Assembly (NCBI GenBank): GCA_963733675.1
Contig: CAVTET010000001.1
Location: forward strand, 1,088,001 to 1,152,000
Direction of reading: 5' to 3'
DNA: 64,000 bases
Source of the DNA: an uncultured Methanosarcinaceae archaeon
Lineage (GTDB): Archaea > Halobacteriota > Methanosarcinia > Methanosarcinales > Methanosarcinaceae
The notes beneath the pieces were generated by a model that saw nothing but the letters and a program-made list of their open reading frames with translations, ran no database searches and had not been told where the DNA came from. Of this stretch, positions 11,845-23,740 are shown piece by piece (position 1 is the stretch's first letter; each line of letters starts with the position of its first letter). The position numbers and the translations under genes are program-made.

Positions 11845-13056
11845 ATGAAAATATTACTACTGCAAGAAACAGATTGGATTAAAAGAGGGCCTCATCAACA
11901 GCATCATCTAATGGATAGAATGGCTTTGAGGGGTCATCAAATAAGAGTAATTGACTACGAGTATCTGTGGAAAGAGGATAATAAAGATAGAAAAATATTC
12001 ACTGGTCGGCAGGAAATCAAAGGAGTTTATAAGATATTCAAGGAAGCCGACATCACTCTCATCAGGCCAGGGATGATTAAACTACCTATACTTGATATGG
12101 CATCTATCCTCTATTTTCATGAAAGAGAAATTAAGAGACAAATTCTGGAGTTTAAACCGGAAGTCATAATTTCATTTGGTATTCTTAATGCATATCTTGG
12201 TATGAAACAAGCTAAAAAACACCACATTCCTTTTGTGTATTACCTCATAGATCATCTGCATACACTACTTCCAAACAAACTTAAAAAGAAGACTGCAAAA
12301 CAATTTGAAAAGCAGACAATTAGAGGCTCAGATAGGATATTTGTCATTAATCAAGGATTAAAAGACTATGCTGTGGAAATGGACGGAGACGTTAATAAGA
12401 TCTCAGTAATACCTGCAGGCGTAGATTTTGCGAAATTCAATCCGCAAACTGACGGTTCATCAATCAGAGAAAAATATGGAATTAAAAAAAATGACATCCT
12501 GTTATTCTTTATGGGGTGGATATATGATTTCTCTGGGATGAAAGAGGTCGCAGAAAGTCTTTCTAACTTTGACAACGAAAGCATTAAATTAATGATAGTT
12601 GGAGAAGGGGATCTATACAAACTTTTAAGCAAAATGAAATCTGAAAACAATCTTAATGAAAAATTGATACTAACAGGAAAAATTCCATTTGAAGAAGTTC
12701 CAAAACATATCGCTTCTGCTGATATATGCCTTTTGCCAGCTTATAAAAACGAAATTATGATGAATATAGTCCCGATTAAAATATACGAATATATGGCCAT
12801 GGGAAAACCTGTAATAGCCACAAATCTTCCTGGGCTAAAAAAGGAATTTGGTAATAACAATGGGATTATATATATCGAAAATCCTGAGCAGACTTTGGAA
12901 AAAGCAATTTATCTTTATGAGAATTATATGATACAGTCGGAAGGTATTAAAGCTAGTTTGTACTCGCGAGATCAAGATTGGAATAAAATAACGAACAAAT
13001 TTGAAAGTATATTAAAAAATTTTCCAAAAAAAAATGTATCAACGATTGGCTATTAA
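11845..13056 (+). CDS. GT4-family glycosyltransferase
   Basis: PAGVD..KF, IVGEG, PIKIYEYMAMGKPVIAT. Confidence 0.92.
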   Translation: MKILLLQETDWIKRGPHQQHHLMDRMALRGHQIRVIDYEYLWKEDNKDRKIFTGRQEIKGVYKIFKEADITLIRPGMIKLPILDMASILYFHEREIKRQILEFKPEVIISFGILNAYLGMKQAKKHHIPFVYYLIDHLHTLLPNKLKKKTAKQFEKQTIRGSDRIFVINQGLKDYAVEMDGDVNKISVIPAGVDFAKFNPQTDGSSIREKYGIKKNDILLFFMGWIYDFSGMKEVAESLSNFDNESIKLMIVGEGDLYKLLSKMKSENNLNEKLILTGKIPFEEVPKHIASADICLLPAYKNEIMMNIVPIKIYEYMAMGKPVIATNLPGLKKEFGNNNGIIYIENPEQTLEKAIYLYENYMIQSEGIKASLYSRDQDWNKITNKFESILKNFPKKNVSTIGY

Positions 13057-13154
13057 ACGGATGAAAAAAAGAAGATCAGAATTTGTGAGCTAAATAAATG
13101 AGTGTACATTAGTTGTAAATCATCAGTTGATAAATTGTAAATCTAAGTAATTTT

Positions 13155-13995
13155 GGTTCCGTTGCAAAAAATCCTTTCTAATGATACAATAGAATAAAAA
13201 GAAAACCAAAGATAGTAACATGCTATCTAATTCCTTTAAATGGAAGCATTATGAAGGGGAAATTATCTTATTGAATTTAAGATGGTACTTAAAATATGCA
13301 TTAAGTTATAGAAATTTAAAGGAAATGATGGCAGAAAGGGGAGTAAAAGTCGACCATACAACAATCATGAGATGGGTACATCAATATTCCCCTGAAATAG
13401 AAAAGAAGATAAGAAGACATTTAAGACCAACAAATGATTCGTGGAGAGTTGATGAAACCTATATCAAAGTAAAAGGTAAATGGAAATATTTTTACCGAGC
13501 AGTTGACTCGGATGGAGGCACAATCGATTTCATGTTAAGTTCAAAACGAGATAGAAAGGCAGCGAAGAGATTCTTTAAGAAAGCTTTAAGTTCTAATCAT
13601 AATCAAATTCCAAGATTAATAACCGTTGATAAGAATCCAGCTTATCCACCTGCTATAGATGAACTGAAAAATGAGAAGAACTTGTTTAAAAAAGCTCAAG
13701 TATTTGAATAACATTATAGAACAAGATCACAGATCTATAAAGAGAATCGTTAATCCAATGTTAGGATTTCAGTCTTTTCGATCTGCTAATAAGACTTTAA
13801 AAGGAATTGAAGCTATAAATATGATCAAAAAAGGACAAGTAATCGATCTAAATTACTCTGTTCTTAATGAAGTCAAATACATTAATCAATTATTTGGTAT
13901 AATTTTATAATGTTAGTACATTTTCCTTGAATGTTTTGATTTTTATTAATCACTTATAGATTTACATATTTTGTTGAAGTTTTTGCAACGGAACC
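13155..13995 (+). mobile_element. IS6-family element with frameshifted transposase (13220-13910)
   Basis: Both TIRs present; a 38-nt segment is replaced by 24 nt near 13672, splitting the ORF. Confidence 0.95.
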
Positions 13996-14627
13996 CATTA
14001 CCGTGAGACCCTAGGAGTAAGATGAACAGACAGTGAAGATTCTTTGTTCTGGGAAGATCTTTTTGATAATATGAAAGAAAGAGGTTTAAGAGGTGCCAGC
14101 TTAATTGTTTTTGATGGACACAAAGGGATACAGAAAGTAGTCAAATAATTATTTCTTGGATCAAGCTGGCAGATGGGTCACATACATCTGATAAGATAGG
14201 TTCTCAAGAAGGTGCCAAAAAAGAAACAAATAAAGTGGTTGAGAGGTTAAAAGAAGATTGAAGGGCCATCAGAAACGGTATTAGCTGGTTGTGGAACCTG
14301 ATAGTATGGGATGTAAAAGTGCAGTTAATACGCTTGAAAGCTTCCAGTACGATATAATTAACTACATGCAGTTTCCAGAGAATCACTGGTAAAAAATAAG
14401 AATAATAAATATGAGGGAAAGGACTAACAAGGAATTTAAAACAAGAAGCAAAATGTTGAGGGCATTCCCTAACCAGGAATCAATATTGAGATGAAGAGGC
14501 TCAATACTACTCTATATAGGAGAAGGCTGGATAATATGAAACAAGGGTTTAATAGTAATGGAGCAGTAATCAAAAAAGAAGAATAAAGGGCATTGCACAT
14601 ATTTTACAGAAAATTATACAAGCCCCC
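13996..14627 (+). pseudogene. IS256-family transposase remnant, 5'-truncated at IS6
   Basis: DSEDSLFWEDLFDNMKERGLRGASLIVFDGHKGIQK...WQMGHIHLIR with stops; end resembles TTTACAGAAAATT. Confidence 0.8.
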
Positions 14628-14639
14628 TCTATAATCAAG

Positions 14640-14732
14640 AGAGAATTTCGATAAACCTCTAAATTTCTTCATATGCTTATAAAAGAGATCTAAATGATTA
14701 TTGTAAATCAGAAATTTATCTAAATACCCACT
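14640..14732. mobile_element. ~92-bp MITE-like repeat, family B copy 1
   Basis: AGAGAATTTCGATAAAC...CATATGCTTATAAA...AAATCAGAAATTTATCTAAA; similar to 27876, 46241 and 54100. Confidence 0.65.
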
Positions 14733-16173
14733 AATATGTTCTTGCTACATACACAAGAGTTTTGGTTTCTTCCTTGCAGACAGGACATTTTTCTGTCCAG
14801 TCCTTTCTCTGCTCCAAAGGAATCCCAAGGATACCTGCATTTATCTGGTCTTCCATAATAAGTCCACATTCTTTCTTACCACACCATGGAATTGTTGCAA
14901 TGCCTGTTTGGATTTTATCCTTTACTTCTTCAAAATTAGTACAATCAAAGATACGGTTTAAGAGCCCCGTTTTCGCTTTATTATAAAGGTTTTTGTGGAT
15001 TGATTTAAATCTTAATATCACATCAGCTTCAATATCAGGAAGCGAGATATGTTCTTTATTCCCTGTGTCTCTCCTTACAGCCACAGCAACATTATTTTCC
15101 AGATCTCTAGGTCCGATTTCAAGCCTTAAGGGTACGCCTTTCATTTCCCATTTATAATACTTCGCCCCGGGACGAAGGTCACTTGCATCGATTTCAACTC
15201 TCACCCCTATTTTCTTCAGGCGTTTTTGAACATCTTTGCAAGCTGCAAGCACATACTCTGCTCCTTTCTTGAAGATAATTGGAATAATTACAACCTGTAT
15301 GGGTGCGATCTCCGGAGGCAAAACAAGCCCTTTATCATCTCCATGGATGGAAATAATAGCTGCAATAGATCTTTCTGAAATCCCATAACAAGTCTGGTAG
15401 GCATAGCACTGCTCCCCATCAGAAGCTTCGTATTTAATATTAAATGTTTTTGCAAAATTGTCACCCAGATGATGGACTGTACCTATCTGAAGAGTCTTTC
15501 CATCAGGCATAATTGCATCTAGAGCATCGGTGTAGTCTGCACCTGGGAATTTATCCCAATCAGGTCTTCTTGAGCGGAGAACAGGAACTCCAAGCCTACG
15601 GTAGATTTCGGTATAAAGCTCAATCGCTTCCCTAACCTGCACCTCTGCATCTTCCCAGGTTGCATGCACTGTGTGAGCTTCTTTGAAGGAAGTAATCTCT
15701 CTTAGTCTGATCAAGGGTCGAGTGTGTTTTGTTTCATAACGGAAAGTATTCACTACCTGATAAAGTTTGAGAGGTAAATCCGCATGGGACCTGATCCATA
15801 TTTTGTACATTGGATAAATGGCAGTCTCACTGGTTGGACGAAGAACCAGAGGTATTTCAAGAAGGTCTTTTCCACCGTGAGTTACCCAGTATACCTCATC
15901 CTCAAAGCCTTTGATATGCTCAGCTTCTTTCATGAACTCGTTTTCAGGAATAAGCAATGGAAAGAGAGTTTCCTGGTGTCCGCTGTTGTCGAGGATTTCC
16001 CTGATTATGTTATAGGTATTCCTCCGGATGGCAAAGCCGAAAGGATACCAGACATATAGCCCTTTTACAGGATAGCGGACGTCCATTATTTCGGCCATCC
16101 AAAGGAGTTCATTATACCAATCGCTGAATTTTTCTTTTGGAGGGAGTGCTGCTTCTTTTTCGCTTTCTGCCAT
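14731..16173 (-). CDS. proS: Prolyl-tRNA synthetase (archaeal/eukaryotic type)
   Basis: [31 protein letters not shown]-terminal ARTY. Confidence 0.98.
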   Translation of the reverse strand: MAESEKEAALPPKEKFSDWYNELLWMAEIMDVRYPVKGLYVWYPFGFAIRRNTYNIIREILDNSGHQETLFPLLIPENEFMKEAEHIKGFEDEVYWVTHGGKDLLEIPLVLRPTSETAIYPMYKIWIRSHADLPLKLYQVVNTFRYETKHTRPLIRLREITSFKEAHTVHATWEDAEVQVREAIELYTEIYRRLGVPVLRSRRPDWDKFPGADYTDALDAIMPDGKTLQIGTVHHLGDNFAKTFNIKYEASDGEQCYAYQTCYGISERSIAAIISIHGDDKGLVLPPEIAPIQVVIIPIIFKKGAEYVLAACKDVQKRLKKIGVRVEIDASDLRPGAKYYKWEMKGVPLRLEIGPRDLENNVAVAVRRDTGNKEHISLPDIEADVILRFKSIHKNLYNKAKTGLLNRIFDCTNFEEVKDKIQTGIATIPWCGKKECGLIMEDQINAGILGIPLEQRKDWTEKCPVCKEETKTLVYVARTY

Positions 16174-16532
16174 ACCATCACCGTATTATCACAATATAAA
16201 TTAATTATTTAGTTCATCAAATTCAGGCATTTTCGAGTTCCAGTACCATGCCTAATATCAAATACCATGTTTTGATGGGATGTACAGGCTTTTGTGCTGA
16301 CTGAAAAGCTCTACTCCATATAGGTTAAAGTACCATATGAAGCCCTGCAAATTATCTAAAACTCTACAAAAGGGTATTCAAGCTGTCATATTTTGAGACT
16401 CATAATATCTAAACAGAAAAACGCTGAATAGCCCGCAGTGTTTGTTCCTTTATTTGAATAAAAATTTGTAACTATATGTGAACTAATTATTCTGAATATT
16501 TACTTGCCAGCCTACAAATCGGAAACGAAGAA

Positions 16533-17177
16533 TTAATTCCCTTCTAGGGGCTGGATATTTTCTAAAGCTTTATGCGTAAATTCGGATTTTTCAATATCGA
16601 AAACTATCATACCGCTATTTAGCTTTTCAGCTTCCTCTTTAGAGAGCTTGGTAATGGTAGCCTTTTTTGAAATTATTGCGCTATTTCCGAAAGGATCTTC
16701 GATGATAACTAAAATTTTTTTCTTGCCTGCTATAACTTCTTCGAGCATACGCAAGAGTTCCTGGCTTCGGGAAAATTTATCTTCTTCTTCCTGTACCCAC
16801 CTACTTGCAGTCATTAGTACATTTCTGACGCGATGAAGTACACCTTCGATATTCGTTATGTAAGACTCTGAAGCTATCCCAGGCTCGATAGTGACCCCCA
16901 TTTCAGGTATGCGAATTGTTCCTGATGTTGAACGGATAACCCTTGCATCCAGGTCTTCTTGAGTTTCAACTGATATTTCATATCGTATGGGTTCTTTGCT
17001 GGAGAGGCTCAGAGTATCTGCAAAACGAAAACTGCATTGGCATTTTGCACTAATGTACATGATCTCCCCAAAATAGGGGATATTGTCTTTCTGCCAGTTT
17101 ATCACAAGATCGTCATGACATAGCGGACAGGAGATTCTTGTCTCAATATTTTCATCCTGATAAAAATTATGATTCAA
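16533..17177 (-). CDS. ZPR1-type zinc finger protein
   Basis: CPLC...CQC, IPYFGE, RVIRS, NIEGVL, EDPFGNSAI. Confidence 0.92.
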   Translation of the reverse strand: MNHNFYQDENIETRISCPLCHDDLVINWQKDNIPYFGEIMYISAKCQCSFRFADTLSLSSKEPIRYEISVETQEDLDARVIRSTSGTIRIPEMGVTIEPGIASESYITNIEGVLHRVRNVLMTASRWVQEEEDKFSRSQELLRMLEEVIAGKKKILVIIEDPFGNSAIISKKATITKLSKEEAEKLNSGMIVFDIEKSEFTHKALENIQPLEGN

Positions 17178-17554
17178 TATTTCCCACCAATTATTTTGGA
17201 TCTATCGATTTTTATACCTGAGGGAGTTACAATCACAGTATTTCCTTTAAAACCTGCAATATCTCCACGGACATCGACGATTACATCTTTCAGCTCTTTC
17301 AAAACCCTGTCCCTCATCAGGTCATCGCCCCTGATGTTTGAGATATCTATCATCAGGATATTTCCATTGTAGATCTCCTGCTTGAGTAGGGACATCTGGT
17401 TGATATTTGAGACTTCCGCGATCTTAACATAAGTCTCTGCAGGCTCTTCCTCGAGAACCTCCTCATATTTACTTAGATCGATTTCGGTGTAGTCGTCGGC
17501 ACTAGTTGTATTTCTTACATTGCTGCCAAGGATTTTGTCTATGAATTTTGCCAT
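17174..17554 (-). CDS. sepF: Cell division protein SepF
   Basis: IYNGNILMIDIS, GDIAG, VIVTPSGIKIDR. Confidence 0.9.
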   Translation of the reverse strand: MAKFIDKILGSNVRNTTSADDYTEIDLSKYEEVLEEEPAETYVKIAEVSNINQMSLLKQEIYNGNILMIDISNIRGDDLMRDRVLKELKDVIVDVRGDIAGFKGNTVIVTPSGIKIDRSKIIGGKY

Positions 17555-17730
17555 TTATGCACACCTTTTGTATTTTTTTATATTTGAATAATAATTGTCC
17601 TATATTGAAATCTATATTAATTAATTTTTGCTATTAAGGCTAACCTTGATTTTAGTCTCTGTTTCAAGGAATTACCCGCCTATTCATGTAGGTTTTTTTT
17701 AGTAAGAATCTACATGCTTCAATAGCAGCT

Positions 17731-18216
17731 TCAGAGTTCCATGCTCCATAGTTTATCTCCTACATGGGTTATTGACTTTATAGCTTTACCTGAATTGGTC
17801 TCAACCATCTGTAGCCCCGTCATGAGAGCTTTCCCAATTGCAAGAGGCTTTCTATGAACCTCTTCCACGACGATTACGAGATTTCCGTCTTCTATTTCGG
17901 AATCAGCCTCCACGACTCCAGGAGCCATGATATCTGCCCCATCTGAAACGAAGCTAATGGCTCCTTTATCCACAGTTACAATGCGCTTTTTGAATTCAAT
18001 CTCAAGAGCTCCGCGGACGGTAGGAAAAAGCTGTCCTTCTATTTCAAAAAGTAGAGGCTTGCCATCCACAAGGATAAGGGAATAATCCTCCAGGATGATT
18101 TTTTCCAGGACTTTATTTTCCAGCCCTGCCATCGTTTCACCGAAGATAGACACAAGGTACTTTAACATCTTGTTCTTCGTATTTTTCCTCAGCTGAACTC
18201 TCGACTTTACTTTCAA
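17731..18216 (-). CDS. PUA-domain RNA-binding protein
   Basis: FPTVRG, VTVDKGAISFVSDGADIMAPGV, HVGDKLW. Confidence 0.9.
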   Translation of the reverse strand: MKVKSRVQLRKNTKNKMLKYLVSIFGETMAGLENKVLEKIILEDYSLILVDGKPLLFEIEGQLFPTVRGALEIEFKKRIVTVDKGAISFVSDGADIMAPGVVEADSEIEDGNLVIVVEEVHRKPLAIGKALMTGLQMVETNSGKAIKSITHVGDKLWSMEL

Positions 18217-18399
18217 TCAATCACCTGATTTCAAAAATCTCATGCACTATTTATAGCATAGGGTTCTTGTGCCTTTTAAAGCTTATGTGATTCCTAAAGA
18301 TTGATGAAACCAGATTTTTCATATTTTATTTCGGATTTTCCCTTCAACATTACAAAGAGCATTTTGAGAAGCATCAGAACATCTTCTAAAAATATGGGT

Positions 18400-19062
18400 T
18401 CATAGCATAAGGGTTCTAGAAAGAAACTAACAAAAAAAGATGCATCCTGAGAACTGAATAAATTCCTGTATTCAAAGTCCTATTGCTAAGTCGCTGGAAC
18501 TCATCTTAGACAGTACAGTAATCAACCCTAAATGATATTAATCCACTCTTAGATGAGGTAGAAAGCCACGAATGAGCTTCTTGAAAACTTCAAGATAAGT
18601 CGACACAGCCAAAAAGGTAGTATTAGGATGGGAAATTAGTCAAAAAACATATCAAAAAAATCAAACATACATCATACATAATACTCTGATAAGACAATCA
18701 AATAGGATCAGAAAATCTCAATGTTATGTGATTGATAAAGAATATGATTTAAAAAAATCCATTACCTAATTAGAGAAGAAATAAGTGTAGACTCAATCAT
18801 ATCTGTAAGAAAAAGACAGAGAATGGTAATTTTGGGAAAATACAGAAGGCAGCTGCACTTAATCTTTGATAAAATAAAATACGATCAAAAAAACATAGTG
18901 AGACAACGTTCTCTGTTGCCAAAAAGAAACTTGGAGAAGTACTTCGGGCAAGAAAATTTCATAATCAAGTAAAATGAGTAAAACTTAAACTGAGAGTCTG
19001 TTATATAAATAAAAAGATTGTAGAAATAATTTGTATTAAATTAAGGATCTCTATAAAACCGT
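18400..19062 (+). pseudogene. Degenerate DDE transposase (IS5-like)
   Basis: Pieces ISVDT, IDKEYD, ETTFSVAKKKLGEVLRARKFHNQVK with stops and frameshifts. Confidence 0.7.
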
Positions 19063-19452
19063 TTTTCCTCCATTATTGAGATTATTTCACAATTAAAAAA
19101 GAATCTATTCATTTTTAAGGTTTCCACTTTTACTTCAATTCTTTCAATCCTTTCAAATATGTATTTATGAAGGTCTAATTATTTTTTGCTTAACCCAGTT
19201 ATATTAGTAAAATCAAATTTCGCATAGAGCTTAAATATATAAGTGCAGAACGAGTTTCCCCAAAAAGGTGCATTCTTCGATTTTAAACCACTAATAAATG
19301 AAGTGGCTATGGTTCCATAAATGGGATATCACGGAAATCAAAAACAATGTTTCAATTTTTATTGAGATCCATCATATCCAAAGCTCCACCTTTTATATTC
19401 CAAATGAAGAAAAACTTTGTTTCAAATTGAAGCTAATAGTAAGGAAAAGTTA

Positions 19453-19530
19453 TTAATAAAGGATGCTACATGATTCAGGAGATACATACAGCAAACTGGA
19501 TGTATCTACCTGTACCAGAAGTTGGGTCAT
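19453..19530 (-). CDS. Candidate 25-aa small protein MTQLLVQVDTSSLLYVSPESCSILY
   Basis: ATG preceded by GGAGTGA (SD-like); stop TAA. Confidence 0.4.
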   Translation of the reverse strand: MTQLLVQVDTSSLLYVSPESCSILY

Positions 19531-19650
19531 TTATCACTCCATGATCAACAACCCCATTAACTCCAATAGGTTTTTTGAATTTATTATGATTTGTAAAAAT
19601 TGTCTCGGAAATTACGAAATAAGGTATTGATTAAAAAGATGGGTAGATAT

Positions 19651-19690
19651 ATCAATAGTTAAGTAGAAGAATCAATAGTTAAGTAGAAGA
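19651..19690. repeat. Perfect 20-bp tandem duplication
   Basis: ATCAATAGTTAAGTAGAAGA x2. Confidence 0.95.
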
Positions 19691-19770
19691 GTGTGAGCGG
19701 GTTGGGGAGTGGGGGGTCATATGGGGAGTGGGGGGTATGGTATGTGAAAAAAGTTTTCCGCTCACATCTT
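19687..19770 (-). ncRNA. Candidate structured sRNA or 5' leader with two C-rich repeats
   Basis: Stem TGTGAGCGG (19692-19700) / CCGCTCACA (19758-19766) encloses two copies of TGGGGAGTGGGGGGT; minus-strand TTTATATA at ~19796-19803. Confidence 0.55.
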
Positions 19771-20046
19771 ACAATTACTCTTATTAAAATTAATTATATA
19801 AATAGCTATGCATTCTGTTCCATCATAATATAATAGCCGAATAATATAATAGTTTTATGATACAAACCATACACCACATATTTAGATTTTCGAGTCCTTG
19901 TTTGATCCAATGATATGCTACATAAAAAGCCTGAAATTGCTAAAGAAGCCTTAAGTATTCACATGAAGCATTTTAAGTCATCCACCGCAAGTTTTCAAAA
20001 TAACCATGACAAGAAAGTATTTACTTGAGAACTGGTTCTTAGTACT

Positions 20047-21165
20047 ATGAACCCTGATAGGCTTTTGATTTATGGAGCAGCTTTTGCAATTATGGGACTT
20101 TCGAATGCTGTCATTCCCATCCTTCCGGAGCTTGCGAGCCTGGACCATAGCGCTTCCGGAAAACTTACACCCAGCCTACTCTTTTCAGCCTACTTTTTTG
20201 GAGCCCTTGTTACAATGCTCCCTTTCGGGATTCTAGCTGATAGGTTCGGAAATTTGAGGTTTATAGGGTTTAGTATTATTCTAACAGCAATTTCAGGACT
20301 AACCATCCTATTTTCAGAAAAGCTCTGGATTATTTTAACCTCAAGGTTTATAGAAGGTTCTGCCTGCGGAGCTTTTTTCCCGGCTGCCTTTGCCACCCTC
20401 TCTAAATCTAAGGATCCAGGGCGTTATATCGGAGAATTCACTTTTCTTTTCAACGCAGGACTGGCCACAGGGGTTCTTTTTTCAGGTTTACTGGCGGATA
20501 CTTACTTAAAAGGAGCAATCCTTTTTTTTACAGTTATCACTTTTCCTTTGATCTTATACCTTTTTCCAAGACACCGGAAATTGACTCATTCTCAGAACAC
20601 AGAGGATTCGGGTTCATTATCTCGCTCCCCTGGAAGCCTTTTTAGAGAATCTTATAAAGGGATTATAAAACTACTTAGCTTCAACAATTCAAGGATCTGG
20701 CTCAGTTCTTTTCTTCTCAATGGAACTATAGGAGTCCTTATAGCTTATTATCCGGATTATAGCCTGGATACTATGACAAAAACTCAGCTCGGAAGTTCTA
20801 TTGCCAGCCTCTACGTCTGCGCCATGGTTACATCTCTCCTTATCGGACGATTTAGGATCAAGGAAAAAAACATAATTCGGATTGGATTAACATTTTCTGC
20901 CCTTGGAGCCCTTGTTGTGATTAAATATCCTTTTCTCGGATTTTCAAGCCTGGGTGGAGGATCCGGAATTGCACTGGTAGGTTTTGCTCTGGCTGTTGCC
21001 AGAATGAATTCGGGGAGGGGGCTAGTAATGGGACTTTTTACTACAACCATCTATGCCGGGCTTTCTTTTGCCCCTATTATTGCAGGGCTTTTTACAGGCT
21101 TTATGAGCTTTGAAAAAATATTCATAGCAAATGGTTGTATTCTGGCAGCAGCTCTTCTATTATAG
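20047..21165 (+). CDS. MFS transporter
   Basis: GILADRFG motif A, RFIEG; about 12 hydrophobic segments. Confidence 0.9.
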   Translation: MNPDRLLIYGAAFAIMGLSNAVIPILPELASLDHSASGKLTPSLLFSAYFFGALVTMLPFGILADRFGNLRFIGFSIILTAISGLTILFSEKLWIILTSRFIEGSACGAFFPAAFATLSKSKDPGRYIGEFTFLFNAGLATGVLFSGLLADTYLKGAILFFTVITFPLILYLFPRHRKLTHSQNTEDSGSLSRSPGSLFRESYKGIIKLLSFNNSRIWLSSFLLNGTIGVLIAYYPDYSLDTMTKTQLGSSIASLYVCAMVTSLLIGRFRIKEKNIIRIGLTFSALGALVVIKYPFLGFSSLGGGSGIALVGFALAVARMNSGRGLVMGLFTTTIYAGLSFAPIIAGLFTGFMSFEKIFIANGCILAAALLL

Positions 21166-21224
21166 GATTGGAAAATTTCATTCCAGCAAAAACTTGAGTT
21201 AAGTTTGACATGAAAGTGCATAAG

Positions 21225-21860
21225 GTTACCTACCTCACGTATCTCCTCAACTTCATTTTCCATAATTATGATTACTCAACCAATTATTATTATTGTTATT
21301 ATTATACTTTCATCACCAAAAAGATCTCAGTATTAGCAATGTTACTCTTTTGGGTTTATCCCTGTTTATACCCGGTTTCGTTTTTGTACAGCTCATCGTT
21401 TGTAATAATATCCATATTATTGTGGCAGTTTTCCTTCTCAGTGCAATAATTTTTTTTCCATGTCAAATTGATTTCTTCTTCCGACTAAAAAACTCTCTTA
21501 ACTTGCTATTTTTCGTTCTTGCTTCTGCCTTAGCAATCCGCGTTAGAATCCACCTTACAGCCCTTGATGCTTCCTTTTGGATTATGCCACTGAAAATTTA
21601 TCCATATATAGTATACATTTGGAACAACTCCAAGCCATGAAGAGAACTTATTTCCGGAAGAAAAATCCTTGAAATTAACAATTTCAACAACTAGGTATTA
21701 CTGCACCAATTCCCCCAATAGACGGAACAGACATTCAAATTTCCATCACACTCTCAGGCTTTCCAGAAACATACTTCCTTATTTTTTTCTAAGTTTTCTA
21801 TTTAATTCGCAAGATATTTTAATAAATACCTGAACTCTATTACAATTGGGACTTTCACAG
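21225..21860 (-). pseudogene. IS110-family transposase remnant
   Basis: Minus-strand pieces MSVPSIGE, EIVNFKDFSSGNKFSSWLGVVPNVY, RWILTRIAKAEARTKNSKLREF. Confidence 0.75.
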
Positions 21861-21879
21861 TAGAGAATCTGTAGATTGT

Positions 21880-22398
21880 TTCTCTCACTCAGTTAATATT
21901 AATGAGATTCCGATTGATCTCTATTTTTTCTTCAAGGGAACCATGTCCAAATTTTTCTCGCTGATTTCTGTATTTGATCCGCTTTTCCTGTTCTGGTTCA
22001 TTATTCTTTGATTTTAAAGATAGCTTCGCTATCCTTTTGACATTCTGTAGATGTACACATATATAAAATTCGTTTCCCTATTTACCATTATTGCTCATTG
22101 AAAGTTAGATTAATTTTTAAGCTACTGTAATATCGAGAAAATAGATTGCATCCTTGTGTACATCCGTGGAAATGCCTAATGGAACTATTTTGTTAAAAAA
22201 TATGAACTCAAAAATGATACGAAAAGATTTCCAATCAATTAAGGAATCAATTTCAATAACTTTATCGCTAACTGACTCAAAAATGTATAAATCTATTAAA
22301 GAGCAAAATCAGAAAAAGTGTTCATGAATAAAAATTGTTGTTGAGTGATTTTAAACTCTCCAATGTTCAAATGAATAGAAGTTTATCGAAATTATCTA
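21880..22398. mobile_element. Degenerate IS remnant ending in a GTTTATCGAAATTATCTA terminus
   Basis: 21900-22035 resembles 54275-54410; 22080-22170 resembles 8940-9030; 22229-22398 resembles 51172-51323, 55105-55240 and the reverse complement of 6576-6745. Confidence 0.6.
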
Positions 22399-22451
22399 AC
22401 ATAAATTAAAGTTGTATCTGGTCGGATTATATATGCTATTGATACCTTTAA

Positions 22452-23323
22452 GAGGCTATCCGAAAAGTTCTGCTGATCTGAATGTTATCAATGCGCACGC
22501 TAAATGTAGGATAGCAAGGTAATTTTCAATTTTCTTTTCCCAGCCTATAAGGATTCTTCTGAATCTATTTAGCCAAGAATGTATTCTTTCTACAACCCAT
22601 CTTCTTGCCCGAAAACCAGGTATGTCTCTTCTTATGTTTTCTTCTCCACGACTTTTGATATACGCAGTATAACCATATTCTTCAACCAATTTTCTGATAT
22701 CGGTGAACTCACAACCCTTATCCATGCATATATTCTGAATTATGTCTTCTGGAGAAGGTCTTTCAAAGAATATGGCGTCTAAAGTCCTTTTTATAAGTTT
22801 TTTATCGTGACGATTGGCTCCATCAACGACAACAGAAAGTGGTATGCCTTTACCATCAGTTAAAACAATCCTTTTTGTACCTTTTTTACCACGATCAGTA
22901 GGATTGGCTTCTGTTTCAGCTCCATCTAATGGTTCTTTTGTCATAGCACCATCAATTGATTGTCATTCCCATTCTAATCCTTTTCCGAAATCATACTCAA
23001 CAAGACCAGCCATCCACATGCTCTCAAATAAGCCTGATAGTTGCCATTCCTGAAATCGATCATGTACAGTGCTTGGAGCTCCATAAAATCGTGGCAATGC
23101 TTTCCATTGGCAACCAGTAAAAAGGAAATAGAAAATGCCACTCATTATTTTCCTATCACCCTTTCTAGGTCTTCCAGATTTCTTTTTTGGCTTAGGTACA
23201 GGTAGTAAAGGTTCTATTTTTTTCCAATAATCTTCAGAAAGTTCGTAGTCTTGAACAATTTTCCGTTTTGTCATTACCACACATGATCTGAAATTGAAAG
23301 TATATTATTTTTCGGATAGGCTC
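22452..23323 (-). mobile_element. IS5-family element; transposase broken by one TGA at 22963-22965
   Basis: TIRs GAGGCTATCCGAAAA / TTTTCGGATAGGCTC; ORFs 22963-23280 and 22456-22944 are in the same frame; TGCQW..LP, NPTDRGKKGTKR, RRWVVER. Confidence 0.92.
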
Positions 23324-23740
23324 ATAAGTGAACTTTTGCTTTTTATTCCAAACCAAGATACTCCGTTTCTAATTATTTGCAACTCCAACATTAAAAAAGA
23401 TTTCAATGAAAACATTAACTGTGCTTTGGGACTGTTTTTTCTTATCTGAAATTTTCCCACCCATATCAGCATTTTATTCATCCAATATACTCTTTAATTT
23501 TTTATTCTTTATTAACTAGAATTCATCCATATCCAATACATATGTGACCCAATATTGCAGGTAGTCATTTTTGTAAAATGATTCAGAATTTATGAAGTTG
23601 CAGAATGAAACAAGGTGCATCAGAATCTGTCAAACTTATCTAAAATTTTCAGAAAAATTATAAAAGTTAGGGATATTCTAGATATTAGAAATCACCCTTC
23701 TTTAATCTGAATTCTGCTGCCTGTATAGTACGTTACATAT

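Noticed and set aside
13671-13711. TTTAAAAAAG as a programmed -1 frameshift rejoining the IS6 ORFs
   Set aside because: The downstream ORF is in the +1 frame, and intact copies show a 14-nt net loss here. It is a lesion.
19651-19690. 20-bp tandem repeats (also 43934-43973) as a mini-CRISPR
   Set aside because: Directly adjacent units with no spacer; most likely slippage duplications.
22944-22965. IS5 two-ORF frameshift architecture or selenocysteine TGA
   Set aside because: Both ORFs are in the same frame, so this is a simple TGG>TGA nonsense. Methanosarcina are not known to use Sec.
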